Positions 11,777 to 25,134 of a DNA stretch of 64,000 nucleotides are shown in pieces (position 1 is the stretch's first letter; each line of letters opens with the position of its first letter). The notes under the pieces are model-generated. The model was not told where the DNA came from. It saw only the letters and a list, made by a program, of their open reading frames with translations, and searched no databases. The DNA is from Octopus sinensis. Lineage: Eukaryota. The position numbers and the translations under genes were made by a program. The stretch is taken from contig NC_043014.1 in assembly GCF_006345805.1 (NCBI RefSeq), forward strand, positions 434,001 through 498,000, given 5' to 3'.

Positions 11777-13429
11777 GTATGTACCGAATATCTTACTGAA
11801 TCTTCTTTTCATTTCTTTCCATTCCAAAGGATTGAAAAAATCTCCCCTCCCAATGTCCCTCAACCAAATTTCACTCACTAGCCTTTGGTCTGCACAATGC
11901 TATGGTAGGAGAGCTGGTATTAATGAACTTAATATAACAAACCATGATTTAATTAGTGAGGAGAAAACTCATTAGCTTAATGATTAATTCTAGTTTTAAA
12001 ATGTCTACAAATTTAGTTTTTACTGAAGATTATCATCCTTAATTCCTGTTGCTACAATTAATCCTAATAGGAGATGAAGAGAGAAGCAGTTGGTGTAATT
12101 CTTAGACTGAGAAGGTGTTAGAAATAAGGTTATATCACCTCAGATTAGCCATCTTTAAGGAGATCATCGGTGGTCGGTTGAGCAACAATCTACAGCTTCC
12201 ATGTCTCTACCTAGCTAAGGACCCCTACTCCACCACAGTCCACCATTCAGTGATTAATTTAAGCACAGTGTGACACTCTGGACACGTTGCACTCCCTTCA
12301 GTGTCCAGTCTTGTTCCCTGCAGGTTCTGGTCGGGATTGGTAAAGTGGATTTAGTCAAATTCCTGGGGTACATCCCACCAGTGTTTGGGGTTGACACAGT
12401 ACTTATTGATTTCACTGTTATTTTTGTTGGTTTTCCTTTGACTTTATGCAAGTTGATCATTGTTGGTAGACAGAATTTTAGGAAGTGTTTTTGTGGTGAA
12501 GAACAAAGATTGAAGTGTTGAGTCAAAGATCTTGTAGTGGGGTGGGATGGGAAAGCCATGTTGTTGAGCATCCATGTCAGCTCTGATCCAGAAGAGCCAT
12601 GAAAAGCTGTTCCAGTTGTGAACAGCCCCGATCAAGCATGTCAATGAAGTAAAGTGATCCAGACATTACATAACTTGCCCTATTATTAAATGTGTGTGCT
12701 TCCCTTTTTAAAAAGAAGTAGCATACACAGGAAATTTGATTGCTGCTTCTAAACATAGTCCCCTACATCATGTTACAGACTCAAAAGAAATGAGATATTG
12801 TTTGTTATAGAACTTCAGTTCAACCGGTCAATCAGGGAAGGAGATGGGCATCACAAATCAATTTATGGACATTTGAGTCTGGTCAGGGTCATCCCTGGTC
12901 CAGAGCCAAAATATTTTGTGGCATTAAAGAAAATAAATGTCTGGAATGGAGTTTTGGTAACATTACTCTGTTGTTGCTATGTGAGATCAGATTCTATGAT
13001 CTTACATTTGTAACAAGGATATAGACACAGATACTGTGGTACAATGAATTGCATGTTCTAATTCGTTATTTGACAGACTCATCCAACCCTTATGGACATT
13101 AAAACTTTAATTGTATTATTTAATTACTACTTCCATTTACAACAGAGCATGAAATGTCATTTACAGCATTTATTATGATCGTTTTTTTTCAGCCAAACAT
13201 TTGTCATGAGAGGACATGAAAATAAAAACATGGAGGGTTGATGTGGTAGAGTTTTAGATTGACCCAAATTTAATCAGAGAACATAATTAACAATTGTATT
13301 ATTATGGCTTTGACCTTTATTGCGATTTTGAGATCTCATGGATACTGTATAAAAGCGGGACTGGAACATAAGTAGTGTAAACTATTTTTGCTAAGATCCC
13401 TAAATCCTTATGTGATGTTCTACTTTTAG

Positions 13430-13583
13430 AGATCTTGGGATGTGGCCCTTGGTCCTGTCAAACAAGTACCAATGAATATTATTATTATGTGGATGGCTGG
13501 AAATTCAATTTCTATTTTCCCAATAATGATGGTTGGAATGATGTTCTTCAGACCAATTCAGGCTCTGATTGGAATTCAAAACA
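13430..13583 (+). CDS. EMC4: EMC4 coding exon 3 ([51 protein letters not shown])
   Basis: Highly conserved EMC4/TMEM85 core. TTTTAG| and A|GTAAGT; 154 nt. Confidence 0.97.
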
Positions 13584-14723
13584 GTAAGTGATGTTTTGTT
13601 GTTGTTATATTAAAACAATCCTTAGATTGTAGCACTGATACTTTTCACAATCTTTCAACCTCCCCACTTTTTACTCACCCTTTTCACCCACTTTCACAAT
13701 CCTGATGGGATAAAATATATTTGTCATCCGTTTCAACATCAGCCCCTGACCCTTAGATGCTGCTCTCAGCAGAGTCTACCTGGTTTCCATCTTGAGATTA
13801 ACTCTCCCTCCATTTCAGGGTTCCTGAAGACATCAAGATTGCTGTCTTCTCCTAAGTGAGATAAAAAAAATTTAATTTCCCTATTCTCTAACTTCTCATT
13901 TCTTGATCTTTCAACTGCTTTTACATGAATCATTTGACCCCTTGGATAATATCTGGTATTTATTGTTGGGTGGATGAGAGATAAATATCCCCCTGAATAA
14001 GTTGCTAATCACTGGCAGGTATTTGTATATGGAAGACTTTAGTTTTAGTAGTGCAAACTGAAGAAGTACTTAGTGACACCAGCACATACTTATTGCACTT
14101 ATTTACAGGGGATCATCCAATTACACTTGACAGTTTTTGTTAAAACAACAGTGACACTCTGTTGAATATTTTTATAATTTTTTTCTCAAGTGAAAACCAT
14201 GTTTTCACCATTGGTGTGGTTGTAAGCAACATCAGAAGGGAAGAGAAGAAGAGATTAAGACAGAAGACAAGAGATAGATACAGGACTGGTAGAGAAAATG
14301 TCTTCTTGGCAACCACCAGCTGTGACTAATGACTGTAGGTCTGCAAGATTTAGGGCCAGAAAGCGACATACATTGACCCCCACCAGCAGGGGCAACACAA
14401 TATTAGTGATTGGATTGAAACCGCTTCACTTGGTAAACTTTCACCATATATCATCTCTCACTCCCCAACTCACCCTCACTCCTACTCACAGTCAATGGAG
14501 CATCAGAAACACTTAAGTATCAGACTATTGACATAACAGGATAGGAATAGTGTGTGTAGCTTTGCCAGTCAGGGAGCCTTGAAGATGATGTGGTGATGAT
14601 ACTGGAGCCTAGGGTTGAAATGTGTGGAGACAGGGCAAGAAAGCATAGCTAAGGGGGTCACCTGAGTAATCTTCTGCCACAGAAATCTGTACCCAAATCA
14701 TTGTTTTAATGTTTGTATTTCAG

Positions 14724-14881
14724 CATTCAAATTGATTGAAGGTTACCAAGGACCCTTGCAGAAAATAGTTTACTTCTTTGGGAATGTCATCTGTTTGGCA
14801 CTGGCTGTGTATAAGTGCCAGGTGATGGGTTTGTTACCAACGCAACCATCTGATTGGTTGGCCTTTGTTGAACCACAAAAG
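14724..14881 (+). CDS. EMC4: EMC4 coding exon 4 (TFKLIEG...[29 protein letters not shown])
   Basis: Diagnostic YKC..MGLLPT..SDWLAF motif. TTTCAG| and AAG|GTATGT; 158 nt. Confidence 0.97.
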
Positions 14882-15039
14882 GTATGTATCACATTTGTAC
14901 TCCTTGACAAACTTTTCCAAGGAAGGTTTGCAGGGAATATAGTCTTTGTGTGTGGAAGGTGTACAGGTACAATAAACACTACAAGTAAACAGAAAATAGA
15001 CTCTATCAAATGCCAGGCAGGTAAGCTAGAGGTAATTGA

Positions 15040-15520
15040 TAGCTTCCATTGTCGGGGTGACCAAGTCAGTAGTGGAGGTGGATGCGAGATTAAGAATAGG
15101 CTGGGCAAAGTTCAGAGAGCTCCTACCTCTGTTGGTAACAAAGAGCCTCCCCCTCAATGAAAGGCAGATTGTATGATGCCTGTGTGCAAACAGCTATGCT
15201 ACATAGCAGTGAGGCATGGGCTGTGACCACCAGGGACATTCACAGGCTTGAAAGAAATGAAGTTGGTCTGCTTCACTGGATGTGCAATGTCAGGGTGCAT
15301 GCACAACAGAGTGTAAGCATCTTGAGAGAAAAGTTGGGTGTAAGAATCATCAGATGCGGTGTGCAAGAGACGTCTGCATTGGTGTGATTATGTGATGCGT
15401 ATAGATGAGGCCAGCTGTGTAAAGAAGTGCCAATCTCTAACTGGGTGGGGGAACTTGTGGAAGAGGTGGTGAAGTATGATCTTTGAACATTGGGCCTAAC
15501 AGAGGTGACGACAAGTGACC
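15040..15520 (+). mobile_element. RTE-clade LINE 3' ORF remnant
   Basis: Frameshifted KGRLYDACVQTAMLHSSEAWAV...RLERNE...WMCNV...LREKLG, typical of the RTE ORF2 C-terminus. Confidence 0.85.
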
Positions 15521-15699
15521 GAGACCTTTCACAATAAGCTGTGCTTGAGAAGATTCATGAAGCCTTGTGAAACCACAGTCATGGCTGACATTGGTGTCAG
15601 GGAAATGGCAGCCATGCATTGTCATTGTGGTTGTTGCTTGTGGCATGGAAATGGCATTCTGTGAATTATGGTTGCTGCCTGTGGCTTGTAAATGGCACC

Positions 15700-15900
15700 A
15701 GTGCTGGTGGCACATAAAAGCATTCATTAGACTCTTGGAGTGGTTGGCATTAGGAAAGGCATCCAGCAGCAGGAAACCACACCAAATCAGACTGGAGCAT
15801 GGGGGGGGGGCAGCTCTCCTCCTCATCAGCTCCAGTCAAACTGTCCAACCCATACCAGCATGGAGAGTGGACGTTAAATGACAACGATGATGATGATGAC
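15700..15900 (+). mobile_element. RTE 3' tail / RTE-tail SINE
   Basis: TTGGCATTAGGAAAGGCATCCAGC...CCATACCAGCATGGAGAGTGGACGTTAAATGAC(GAT)n. Confidence 0.75.
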
Positions 15901-16601
15901 TTCTACCTCTTCCATTCTTTTATTCCTTTGAGGGATGAAACAGTGACGCCATGAAAATGGGGAGGTGAATGGTGAGATGTGAGTTGTCTGGAAACAAGGA
16001 TTTTATGGAATTGTCTTAAGTTATTTAGTTTACACACACACACACACATTTGCTGGAAGAGAAGACTGCCTCAAACAGAGATATTGAATTGATATGACAA
16101 TAATTATACTTAGACTAGTCAAAGGCAACATAACTGCAATAGTTGCCCCTGCAAGGACCCCAAAATCAACTTTGACTGATGAACAAAAACCATTTCCCTG
16201 AAGCCCTCTTGCAGACTTCATGGAGTTACTTCAGTCTCATTGGAAGCGATGGTCGTGGATGGTGCATGGAATGTAAAGTGACCGAGGTTCTTGGAGGCAG
16301 TTGGCTCTTTGCAACATCGTTAGGAAGTCATCCAGTCACTTAATCACACATATGCATATCTGCGTATACACACATCCATTTGTTTGTGTGTCTGTCCATC
16401 CACCTGTGTGTGTGTGTGTGTGTGCTACTTGTGCATTTGTGGTTTTATTCGAGAAAGTTTTTCATTCTGGTGTTATTGTAATGTACCATGAGTTTGTGGT
16501 AGACATATGATAGACCTTTTTTTTTTGACTCCTACGGGTTTTGCTACTGCTTCAGCCGTGTTGGGTTCACTGACCAGTTATCTTCTTTTTGTATCTTTCA
16601 G

Positions 16602-16637
16602 AGAATGGAATGGTCCGGTGGTGGCATTCTTTTGTGA
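16602..16637 (+). CDS. EMC4: EMC4 coding exon 5 (RMEWSGGGILL*)
   Basis: TCTTTCAG| acceptor. Matches the vertebrate EMC4 C-terminus RMEFSGGGLLL; TGA stop. Confidence 0.93.
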   Translation, partial: RMEWSGGGILL

Positions 16638-16711
16638 AGGATGAAATTAATCCCTCAGTTGATGTTGAAGTTGAATCTAAATTATAACAACAAATGTTTT
16701 TACTTAAAGCA

Positions 16712-16721
16712 AATAAATAAA
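16712..16721 (+). terminator. Probable EMC4 polyadenylation signal (overlapping AATAAA x2)
   Basis: AATAAATAAA ~75 nt after the stop, followed by a GT/T-rich stretch. Confidence 0.6.
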
Positions 16722-17789
16722 CGCGATTCTGATATGTCTGTGTTGGAGATTGATTAATTGTTCATTTTTTAACCTCATCTTATGCACACCCGCTTCATAT
16801 CCCGTCTGTGTCTGTTGAACCTTTCCAGTAACATCCACCCCTCCCACCTCTAACTATGATAGGAAAACATAACTGCACATATTCCATTCCTTTATCTCTC
16901 TTCTTAGAACCTCTTCCCTTGCCACCTGTCCCTCTCTCCCATCATCATCCCTGACTCCTATATGTCTACTGTATGTCAATTGTCCCTAAACACCTCATTT
17001 CTGCCATCAATACCCATTTTTATAACTCACTGTTACCACATCTATGTACCTTTGAACCTGTGAAACACTGTCACTCTTTTCTGTCTCCCCACCACTTAAC
17101 CTCATCTCCCCCCCCCCACCAATTCTGCCAGCCCTGATTCTGTGCTCCCATTTTCTCTCTATCCACCTTGAACCTTGAGGGTACACCCTGACGTCATCCC
17201 CATCATCTCTCTTTCCTGCAAAATACCCATATATCTCCCTTACAAGACACCCATGTCTGTCTCTCTCTCTCCCACTTTAGCCTTTCTACTCATGGCACAT
17301 GGCCACCACCATCAATACTGCACTTCTACTCTTTCTAGAGATTTTGTCTTGCAAGGGACTTGGTGACCTCACTAGTGCTGGTGCCACATAGAAAGGCAAC
17401 CAGTCGCCTCTGTTAAGTGGTTGGCATTAGGAAAAGCATCTGACTGTAGAAACCTTGCCAAGGTAGACATTGGAGACCAATGCAAGTCCTCAGGCCAGTC
17501 AGACTCTGCCAAACTGTCCAACCGAAGCCAACATACATCATGTGCCCAGAACCTTTAATGTCCGATGGAGCTGCAGGAGTTCTGTTGCAACACATGGAAT
17601 GTCTTCAGTGTATGCTTTAGATGAGCCCATCTCTCTGGGGTGGACAGCTGATTTCTTCTAGATAGACAGCAAGAATGTAAAAAATGAAACCCAGTTCATG
17701 ACTGGTATTTAATTTATAAAGGTGATGGATGGACTTTTAAAATTTGCTTGATCTATCATCTCAGATCACTAAAGATCAATGAAGGAACT

Positions 17790-18390
17790 TGTTAGAAAAA
17801 GCTGCCATTGGTGTTGCTGAGCTTGGATCCCATTGATGGAGAAACTTTCATCCTATTGGTCGAAAATATCATCATCACTGCAACACCGGATCCCGGTCAA
17901 GTGTTTTTTTCACATTGGGAAACAGACGATACTCAGATGGGGTCAAATCAGGAGAATGAGGAGGGTGATCAACCAGTTCAAAGCCGCAGTCATGCACAGC
18001 AGCCATTGAAACCAAGAACTTGTGTGCTGACAAGAGAAGCCTTTTTGTCAGTTTTCCTGGGTGTTTGGTCTTTATAGTCTTTCAGCGAATGGCATATTAC
18101 TCTCCATTGATGGTGTAACCCTTTTGAAGATAGTCAATAAACCCAATAACTTTTGCTTTCCAAAAACTGAGGCAGGCCATCGCCTTCCCTGCAGATGTCA
18201 CGACCTTGGTCTTCTTTGAAGCAGGTGAGGAGAGGTGTTGCCACTGCATAGATTGTTTCTTTTCTCTCTGGCTCAAAGTGATGACACCAAAACTCATCTG
18301 GGTTAGGAAATGTTCAAGGAAACCAGCTGGACCTAGTCTGAAACAATGTCAGATTTTGTTGTGATCTGGTCAGCCTGATGCACTTTTGAC
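17790..18390 (-). mobile_element. Mariner transposase remnant
   Basis: KQSMQWQH.SSP..KK.KVV.SAGK.MA...FW.AK....IDYLQKG.TINGE and HPPHSPDLTPSEYRLFP motifs, with stops and frameshifts. Confidence 0.9.
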
Positions 18391-19699
18391 CAGGTGTCAA
18401 CTTTCTCACAGGATAAGCTAATAGCAAAATCCCACCCAGGTTATATTTGGCTCTCAAACTCTAAAATCAATAAAACACGAACCAGTAATTTTCTGGGCCT
18501 ATTCACAACTCTCCCTACCCACCACATTGGACATAAGAGCAAGCTCTTGTCTATGCCTCATCTCTCACTTTTACATTCTTCTACTCTGCCTTATGAGAAC
18601 ATATTTGATTTTTGACAAAAGTGATGAGCCCATGGCTTTCGCAGGTGTAGGTATGCTACCTGTCACACCACCACCACCAATACTGCTACTACAAGATAGA
18701 AAAAAGTCTTGATTTGATATAACAAAATGTGCAAATATGTATATATGTGTATGAGTGATGATTTATCTGAGGATGTAGTCAATATGCTTCATTAGATTAT
18801 ATAGTAAATGTTCACTTGGTGTTTTATATCCTGTTGTCGACAACACACAAGGAAGAAACTAAAAAACTGTTGATATTGATGTACGAGTCAGAAGCTATTT
18901 TTATAAACAAACGAATAAATTTTGAATTTTCTGGTGACATCAGCACCAGAGAGGTTGAATGGTTGCTGGTGAAAGAGGACCCTAGGGACTTCATAACCCT
19001 ACATTTTGCTCATTTAGGCAACAACTTTACAGAGTGAACAATAGGGCCTTGTACAGAAAATGCAAATTTGGAAAGGGAACAATGCTGGTGGAAAAGCTAG
19101 AAATGCTTGTTTGAGAGGTGGGGACAGGGGTATAAATGATTCTCAATAAATAAGGGGAATTGGAGAGAAAACACAATGACATCAGAAGGACTAGAATAGG
19201 TGTGGTAACAAGGGTATGAGGGTAAGAAGCAGGAATATGTAGGGGTGGTGTGTGGAGGGCAAGGGTGTTTGGTAATGGCAGAAGGGGTCAAAGGGAAGAG
19301 AAGTGGGTAAAAAGAGGAAGAAGTGGGGCATGATAGAAAGGGAAAACCTATTTGAGTGGAATAAGAGGGGTGTGAGAAGAAAGGGGGATGACCGACAATA
19401 GTAAAAGGTTAGGGATGGCTACACCAGGGGAGAGAAGGCATGCTGGCTGGCAGCAGAGAGTGGAGGATGGTAGTGAGCGAGTGTAGCTTCTTATATCTAC
19501 ATATAGGTCTATATATGGATGGTGGAGTGATGAGAGATGAATGGTTATGAGTGTTGAGATGGACAAAAAAGGCAAGAAGGGAGCAATGTGTAGATTGGAG
19601 GTGGAGATCAAGGACGTAAGGGAAGAGACAGCAAATGTTGGCATGGTAGGGTACAAATATTATTACTACCCCTAAACACCACCCTTGAGTGATAGAACT

Positions 19700-20330
19700 A
19701 GTTGCCAGTGGGTAGGGGCAGGTCTTCTACAGTGTACCATCAACCATTGTGGTCCTTTGTCATCTCGTCTGTCAGGTACAGCATCCTTAGCCTTCAGCAT
19801 TTTCCGACCAAGTTTTTCTTGGTTCCATTTCCTGCACTCAAGGCCAGCATCATGCTATTATTCAACACAAAGGTCGTACAATCTAGACTCTGACAAGAAA
19901 AACAAAACCTTTGTTGCCAAAAGTGGAAGTATCTTTTATGGACGAATTCTTTCTCTGGTTTCTATACTTTCAGAGCAACCATCTCTCTTGCTAATTACAT
20001 CTCCCAAATAACAAAACTAATCAACTTTTTCTAGTGAGCCATTCAAACATTTAAGAGAATCTATTTCCTATATTAGGATGCATATTACTGCAATGCATCA
20101 ACCCGTATAAAGCCTACCTCCTTTGTTGGTCTACTTCTGATTCTTCTAGACTTCTTGCAGGTTCTGGCCACGACGTCTGCTGTTTATGCCTTCCCCTTCA
20201 GCCGCATCTTGAGCACACCATTTCTCCAATGATACCAAAACACTGTTTTCTTTCCTACATGCTAAGACTTTAGTATTTTCTAAGTTTACCTTAAGGCCTC
20301 TTGCTGTAAATGTAGTCAGGGGAATATTTT
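19700..20330 (-). mobile_element. Degenerate RTE LINE remnant
   Basis: RGLKVNLENTKVL and ILPLLATK...SRLYDLCV motifs with stops. Confidence 0.6.
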
Positions 20331-20589
20331 CTAGATTTCTCATTCCTTTCGTTAAAGCATTTTGGACCTCAGATTTAGAAGGAATTTTCTCTGAGGTTTT
20401 GAGCAACAACGTTTCAGTGGTGCCATTCTGAAAACGAAAAAATATTTTTCCTTTTGTCATAGGAAATTATAAAAGTCTTTGTCATATTTGGTAACAGGAT
20501 TCCTAAGAGACTCCCAACACAAATTACGTTTGTGTTGAAATGGTAGAATTATGCCAATATAGTATGCTATGTCTTTGCTATGTTTGAAC

Positions 20590-21430
20590 ATGGATCCTCA
20601 ACCACCTGGCTTCTCAACATCAACCAACTATTGACCTTTTTGCAGAGTCCTCCCCTTCCATTACAGTCCCTCCCCCATCGGCTTCATGCTCTCTAGGTGC
20701 CCCAATCACTGACCTTGCCTTTGAGTCCATCTTCCAGTCGAAGGTGGCTACTCTTGAGTAATTGGTGAAAAATATTAAAGCCATCAAATCCCATCAAGGT
20801 TTTTCCATACTTAGGAATTACCTCTCGATCCCTAAACTTCTATATTTGCTCAGCATCGGCTCATCTTACCGATTCCCAGCAACCTAATCTTTGAGAGACT
20901 TGAATGCTCAACGTCAGACTCTCTCCAACATCCTGCAGTCAGGCTGCATTGGAGGTCTTGGTCTTCGTAAGTGCTCGTCCTTCTCTCTCCCCTACTTCCT
21001 TTCCTCCACCCACGCCTGCTCCACCTGGTGAGCAACATCCTCTCTTCTCCAACATGGACCAGTTCCAACAGGGAGTTGGATGAAGCTCTCCAACACTGAA
21101 GAGAATTGGGCTTGTCTGCTCCTGAGAAGGTGGACTGTCGGAGTCAGAGAGCTTGGGACAACATAATTTCGAAGGTCCACCTTCGACTCCCTCTTCATCC
21201 AGTCGGACCAGTTTTCAAGGTACTGCTTCCTGTCTGCTAGCGTCAAATACTCAAGTGACCAGATTGATGCCATCCCTGTGGCCAATTTTGGTGCCTTACT
21301 CAGCTTGGACGAACTTCGTGTCTCCATTGCTCTCAGAGTGGGAGCTGACGTATGCACGGATTCGATCTGTCGTTGTGGCAGGCTCCTCGACTCCACAGGC
21401 CTCCATCGCTTTTCTTGCAGCCTGCATGCT
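20590..21430 (+). mobile_element. CRE-like (restriction-like-endonuclease) non-LTR retrotransposon remnant
   Basis: LGAPIT...SIPKLLYLL...GGLGLR...DAIPVANFGALLSLDELRVSIALRVGADVCTDSICRCGRLLDSTGLHRFSC includes the C-x-C...H..(S)C knuckle. In-frame stops present. Confidence 0.75.
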
Positions 21431-22222
21431 GGTTACTTCGCACATCTTTTCGTAATTTGCACTACTATAAAAGAAGAACACATTATACATTTGATTACTG
21501 AACAAAATGGAAGAAATTACCACAGTCGTATTTTTGTACTCTTGTTATGCTAGCGGTGCCATATAGAACCTGGGTTTATTTAAGAATGTCTGTTGCATTT
21601 TACATTTCTGGCTTCAAATCAATGTAACTGGTGTTTAAAATAACCCTTAAACAAAGTTTCAGCTAAATCAGGAATAAAAGGTTATTCTCGCGACAAATGA
21701 GTTAAGTAAACCTCTCTGTAGTCATAGACATTGCAACCGTGACCATACCGTCTTTCCCTGTGTATAGCGAATACAATCGCACAATATCTAAAATGTACCC
21801 CTTTAAAAAAAACAGTCGTGTCTAATTTCAACGACATTTGGCTGCTATTTCTAGCAGGTGAACACCTAGCTAGGCTGTGGTGAAAAAAAGTGTTTAGAAA
21901 TAAAATACTTCTAAGATATTAATAACCGAGAGAAAAGAAATGAAGCCTTCTTGTTCTAACTCGATGCAAGTAGGGAACCTCCACGTAGTTATTTGACTTG
22001 CTAATAATAACAGCTAATCATAATATCTTACGGGTTAATTGCTCGACTTACTAGAAACAGTAGCCTATTCTTACCAAATAACAACATATCGTACTAAAAA
22101 CGGAGACACTGAACACAGTGTGATGGGGTCTGGCTCGACTTAGGGCTAAAATACAGCAGGTGCGAAGTAAAGCTCGTAAGCGACCTCACTATATCCAGAG
22201 TTGCTCCCCTTTATCATCCAAC

Positions 22223-22243
22223 ATGGTTTCCTCCACGATTTCC
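22223..22243 (+). CDS. NGDN: Neuroguidin coding exon 1 (MVSSTIS)
   Basis: CCAACATGG Kozak context and a strong TCC|GTAAGT donor in phase 0, matching exon 2. Assigned on splice logic, not homology. Confidence 0.6.
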
Positions 22244-23762
22244 GTAAGTTTTTTCCTCTTTTAAATTATTTTTTCCTTGAAATTCCCAAAACTCAGTTTT
22301 ATTTCTTGCCTGAATTATTCTCTATAAACCCCACTTTACTCCATTGTTGGCTGTGTTTTCTCTTCTTTGCTGTCATCTTACGTCTCAAACATCCAAATTC
22401 GTTGTTAAAAATCTTCACAATTACATTTTTAAACAATCAAATTGTTTCAATTTCTTCATTAAAATTGTTTCCTTTAATTGTTTCCTTTGAGACTTAATTT
22501 ATTGAAATAATTTCATTCTCTTCAAAACAAATGAACATAAAAGCCGCAAGTTCGATTTAATTCAGCCGCAACTGTAATGGTTCGCTCAACAAACCCTCAC
22601 ACATGGACGGAAAAAGGGTCGGAGTCCCTGAAAGATGACCCCCGATCGATCATCTTTCTTTTTAAACTCAAATATAGACAAACCAGAATCTGGTCTACCG
22701 ACAGATTGCTGACATCTTGTGGGCAATAAAGAAATAAGATTGGTGACACCTCGACTTTCTTTCCTTATAATTCTCTTTAAATTGATTGTTTTGTTTTGTA
22801 AAATTATATTTTGCAGAAATACGTTTTTAAGGATGTTGATTACAAATATATTACATTATTACAAAATGTCGAGGTGGGGAAAAAAGTTCCTTTTCCCACC
22901 AGTTCCAGTTTCGTTTCCATTATTTCTCACTTTGAAGATTTATATTTTTGAAATTTTAATTTTGCGCAATCTACACTCTCGAAAACTTGTTACTGCAGAA
23001 TACCATTTACAAACATTAAATTTTAAAAAGAGTATGAAGAAGATGGTTCGAAACAACTAAGATAACAAGTGTGATCCCTAGAATGTTTGTGTTTTGTTAC
23101 TGGAACATTTGTAAATAGGGATGCAGCACCTTCGATTCGACATTTTGTATAATGACCAGCTGTTGAGGATTGCAGTAGTTTCCATTTCAAACGAGGACCT
23201 CTTGCTCTGAAATAGAGGTTTGCCATGTTTCAAGATCTTCCTGGATTGTAGGGATCAAGCGGATATTTATAGGAGGATGTGTAAGCCAAAGCATGGCTGT
23301 TTGTTCAAGATGTTTGCTTCCTGACCACATGGGCACCTTGGACAAGTGTTTTCTATTCCAGCCTGGGCTGAGCAAAGCCTTCTGAGTAGATATGGTCGAT
23401 GGAAACTGAAAGAAACCTGTCGTGTGTCTACTTCTTTCTCTTGGTAGACATCAGTTGTAAACAAGCTCCACCATTACAAGCAATGTCCTGTATTTCCGAT
23501 CTTCCTTGGAAATATCTCCAGCCACAGAGAAATATTGCCATGTTCAGAAATTGTATCCGGTTGTAGAAAATCTGCCTCAATGAATTCTGTCTGACCCATG
23601 CAAGCCTTGAAAAGTGAACATCAAATGATGGTCATGATGATGATATTTACTTTGTAGTTGTTGTCATTGAGATGTGATGTTGATATGTGTATGAGAGATG
23701 TCTGGTTCGTTTCTAAGCTTGAAGGGAAAATGTCTTCAGTGTTTGTCTTTTTAATTATACAG

Positions 23763-23897
23763 ATGGATGTGATACAGAAAGATTTACCTGATGCCTTAAA
23801 ACTGTTGGAGAAACTCCCTAATTCAATCCACGAGACAAACAAATTCTTCAAATCTTTAATCAGAAAAGTTAACTCAGAAGATTTCAATATTTCTGAT
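23763..23897 (+). CDS. NGDN: NGDN exon 2 (MDVIQKDLPDALKLLEKLPNSIHETNKFFKSLIRKVNSEDFNISD)
   Basis: TACAG| and GAT|GTAAGT. Aligns to the NGDN N-terminus (DLP.A..LL..L). Confidence 0.85.
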
Positions 23898-24648
23898 GTA
23901 AGTTCCAATTGTTTTCCTGTTTTGTTTTTTTTCTTTCTATTTTACTGTTTTGCATTTATTTTTTATTGTTACCATAAATGTATGTCTTGAGTTTGAAACT
24001 TTTGGAACATGAAGTAAGAATCGAAGTTATTTTGTCGGTCTTGTAGACTGTAATGAAATTTGAACTTGCAACCCCATGGTCAGTATTCCAGCAACGATGG
24101 GGCATAGATATGGCTGTGTGGTTAAGAGATTCACTTCACAGAAATATGGTTTTGGGATTCATCCATCAGCAGTACATGTCTTAAAAATGAAATTTGGTCA
24201 ATGGAAACTGTAAGAATCCTTTGAAGAGATTGTTATTGAGTTTGTGGTCTGGCAGCCATAATCCTTCAACTGGTTTAACATCACCAAACCATCCTTTGGC
24301 TGTCTTTCACAAAGTCCACACTGCTGCCAAAATATTTGGATCAATATCTGGTCTTCAGTCTTTGAGGATTTGAAAAGACTCACAGGAGTGGCCCTTCTCA
24401 TTAAGCAATAAAAAAAACAAAAGCAAAACTTCTGTCACTTCTCTTACTAATACTTAGTATTAATAGCATACCAACAGTTGTTAAGGTAGTAAATTACTGA
24501 TGTGTTTTAATTGTACCAAAATATTAGTGATATACTGATAATATACTGGTGTTGAATCTTGCTTATGTTTTGGCTTATTTCAGCCACAAGGGAACTATAA
24601 TGTGGGTCTTAAATCTTAGAAATATATTGTAATTTTCTCTCTCTCTCT

Positions 24649-24679
<31 letters not shown>

Positions 24680-24696
24680 ATGTGTGTGTGTGTGTG

Positions 24697-25065
24697 ATCA
24701 TCATTGTTTAACATCCATTTTCCATGCTGGCATGGATTGGACTGTTTGAGGTTTGGAGAGCCAGCAGCTGGAGGCCCTTCCTAATGCCAACCACTCTGAG
24801 AGTGTAGTGAGTGGTGCTTTTTACGTGCCAATGGCACGGGAGCCAGTGATGGGGTACTGGCATTGGCCACGTTCAGATGGTGCTTTTTTCATGCCACCGG
24901 CATGGGAGCCAGTCAGGTGGACCCGGCATTGACCATGTTCGGATGGTGTTTTTTATGTGCCACCAGCACAGGAGCCAGTCAGGAAACATTGGCATTGACC
25001 ACGTTCGATGATGCATTTTACGTGCCACAGGAATAGAAGCCAGTCAGGGGGCACTGGCCACAGCT
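24697..25065 (-). mobile_element. RTE-tail SINE with four ~63-65-bp internal tandem units
   Basis: Units TTTT(AC/CA)(G)TGCCA..GGCA.GGGAGCCAGT...GGCATTG.CCA.GTTC.GATG repeated. Confidence 0.75.
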
Positions 25066-25134
25066 ACGATGTTGATTTACTTGACTCAACAGGTTTTCTC
25101 AAGCATATCATATTGCCCAACGCATCAAGGGTCC

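Noticed and set aside
14593-14664. C/D-box snoRNA-like GTGATGA...CTGA in EMC4 intron 3
   Set aside because: The terminal stem is not adjacent to the boxes, and I could not match either guide to an rRNA/snRNA sequence I know. snoscan would be needed.
14732-15160. 142-aa ORF as a single gene
   Set aside because: Chimera of EMC4 exon 4, intron read-through and an RTE fragment.
20146-20460. 104-aa minus ORF with exon-like 138-nt core (TTTTCAG|...AAG|GTAAAC)
   Set aside because: Its end is RTE text (RGLKVNLENTKVL) continuous with the adjacent RTE remnant; best explained as decayed LINE.
22201-22497. 98-aa hydrophobic ORF at the NGDN 5' end
   Set aside because: T-rich intron-1 sequence; the NGDN start exon lies in a different frame within it.
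24810-25060. Regularly spaced ~64-bp repeats as a possible CRISPR-like array
   Set aside because: The whole unit is repeated with divergence and there are no unique spacers. It is an internal tandem of a SINE also seen at 4270-4440, in a eukaryotic context.
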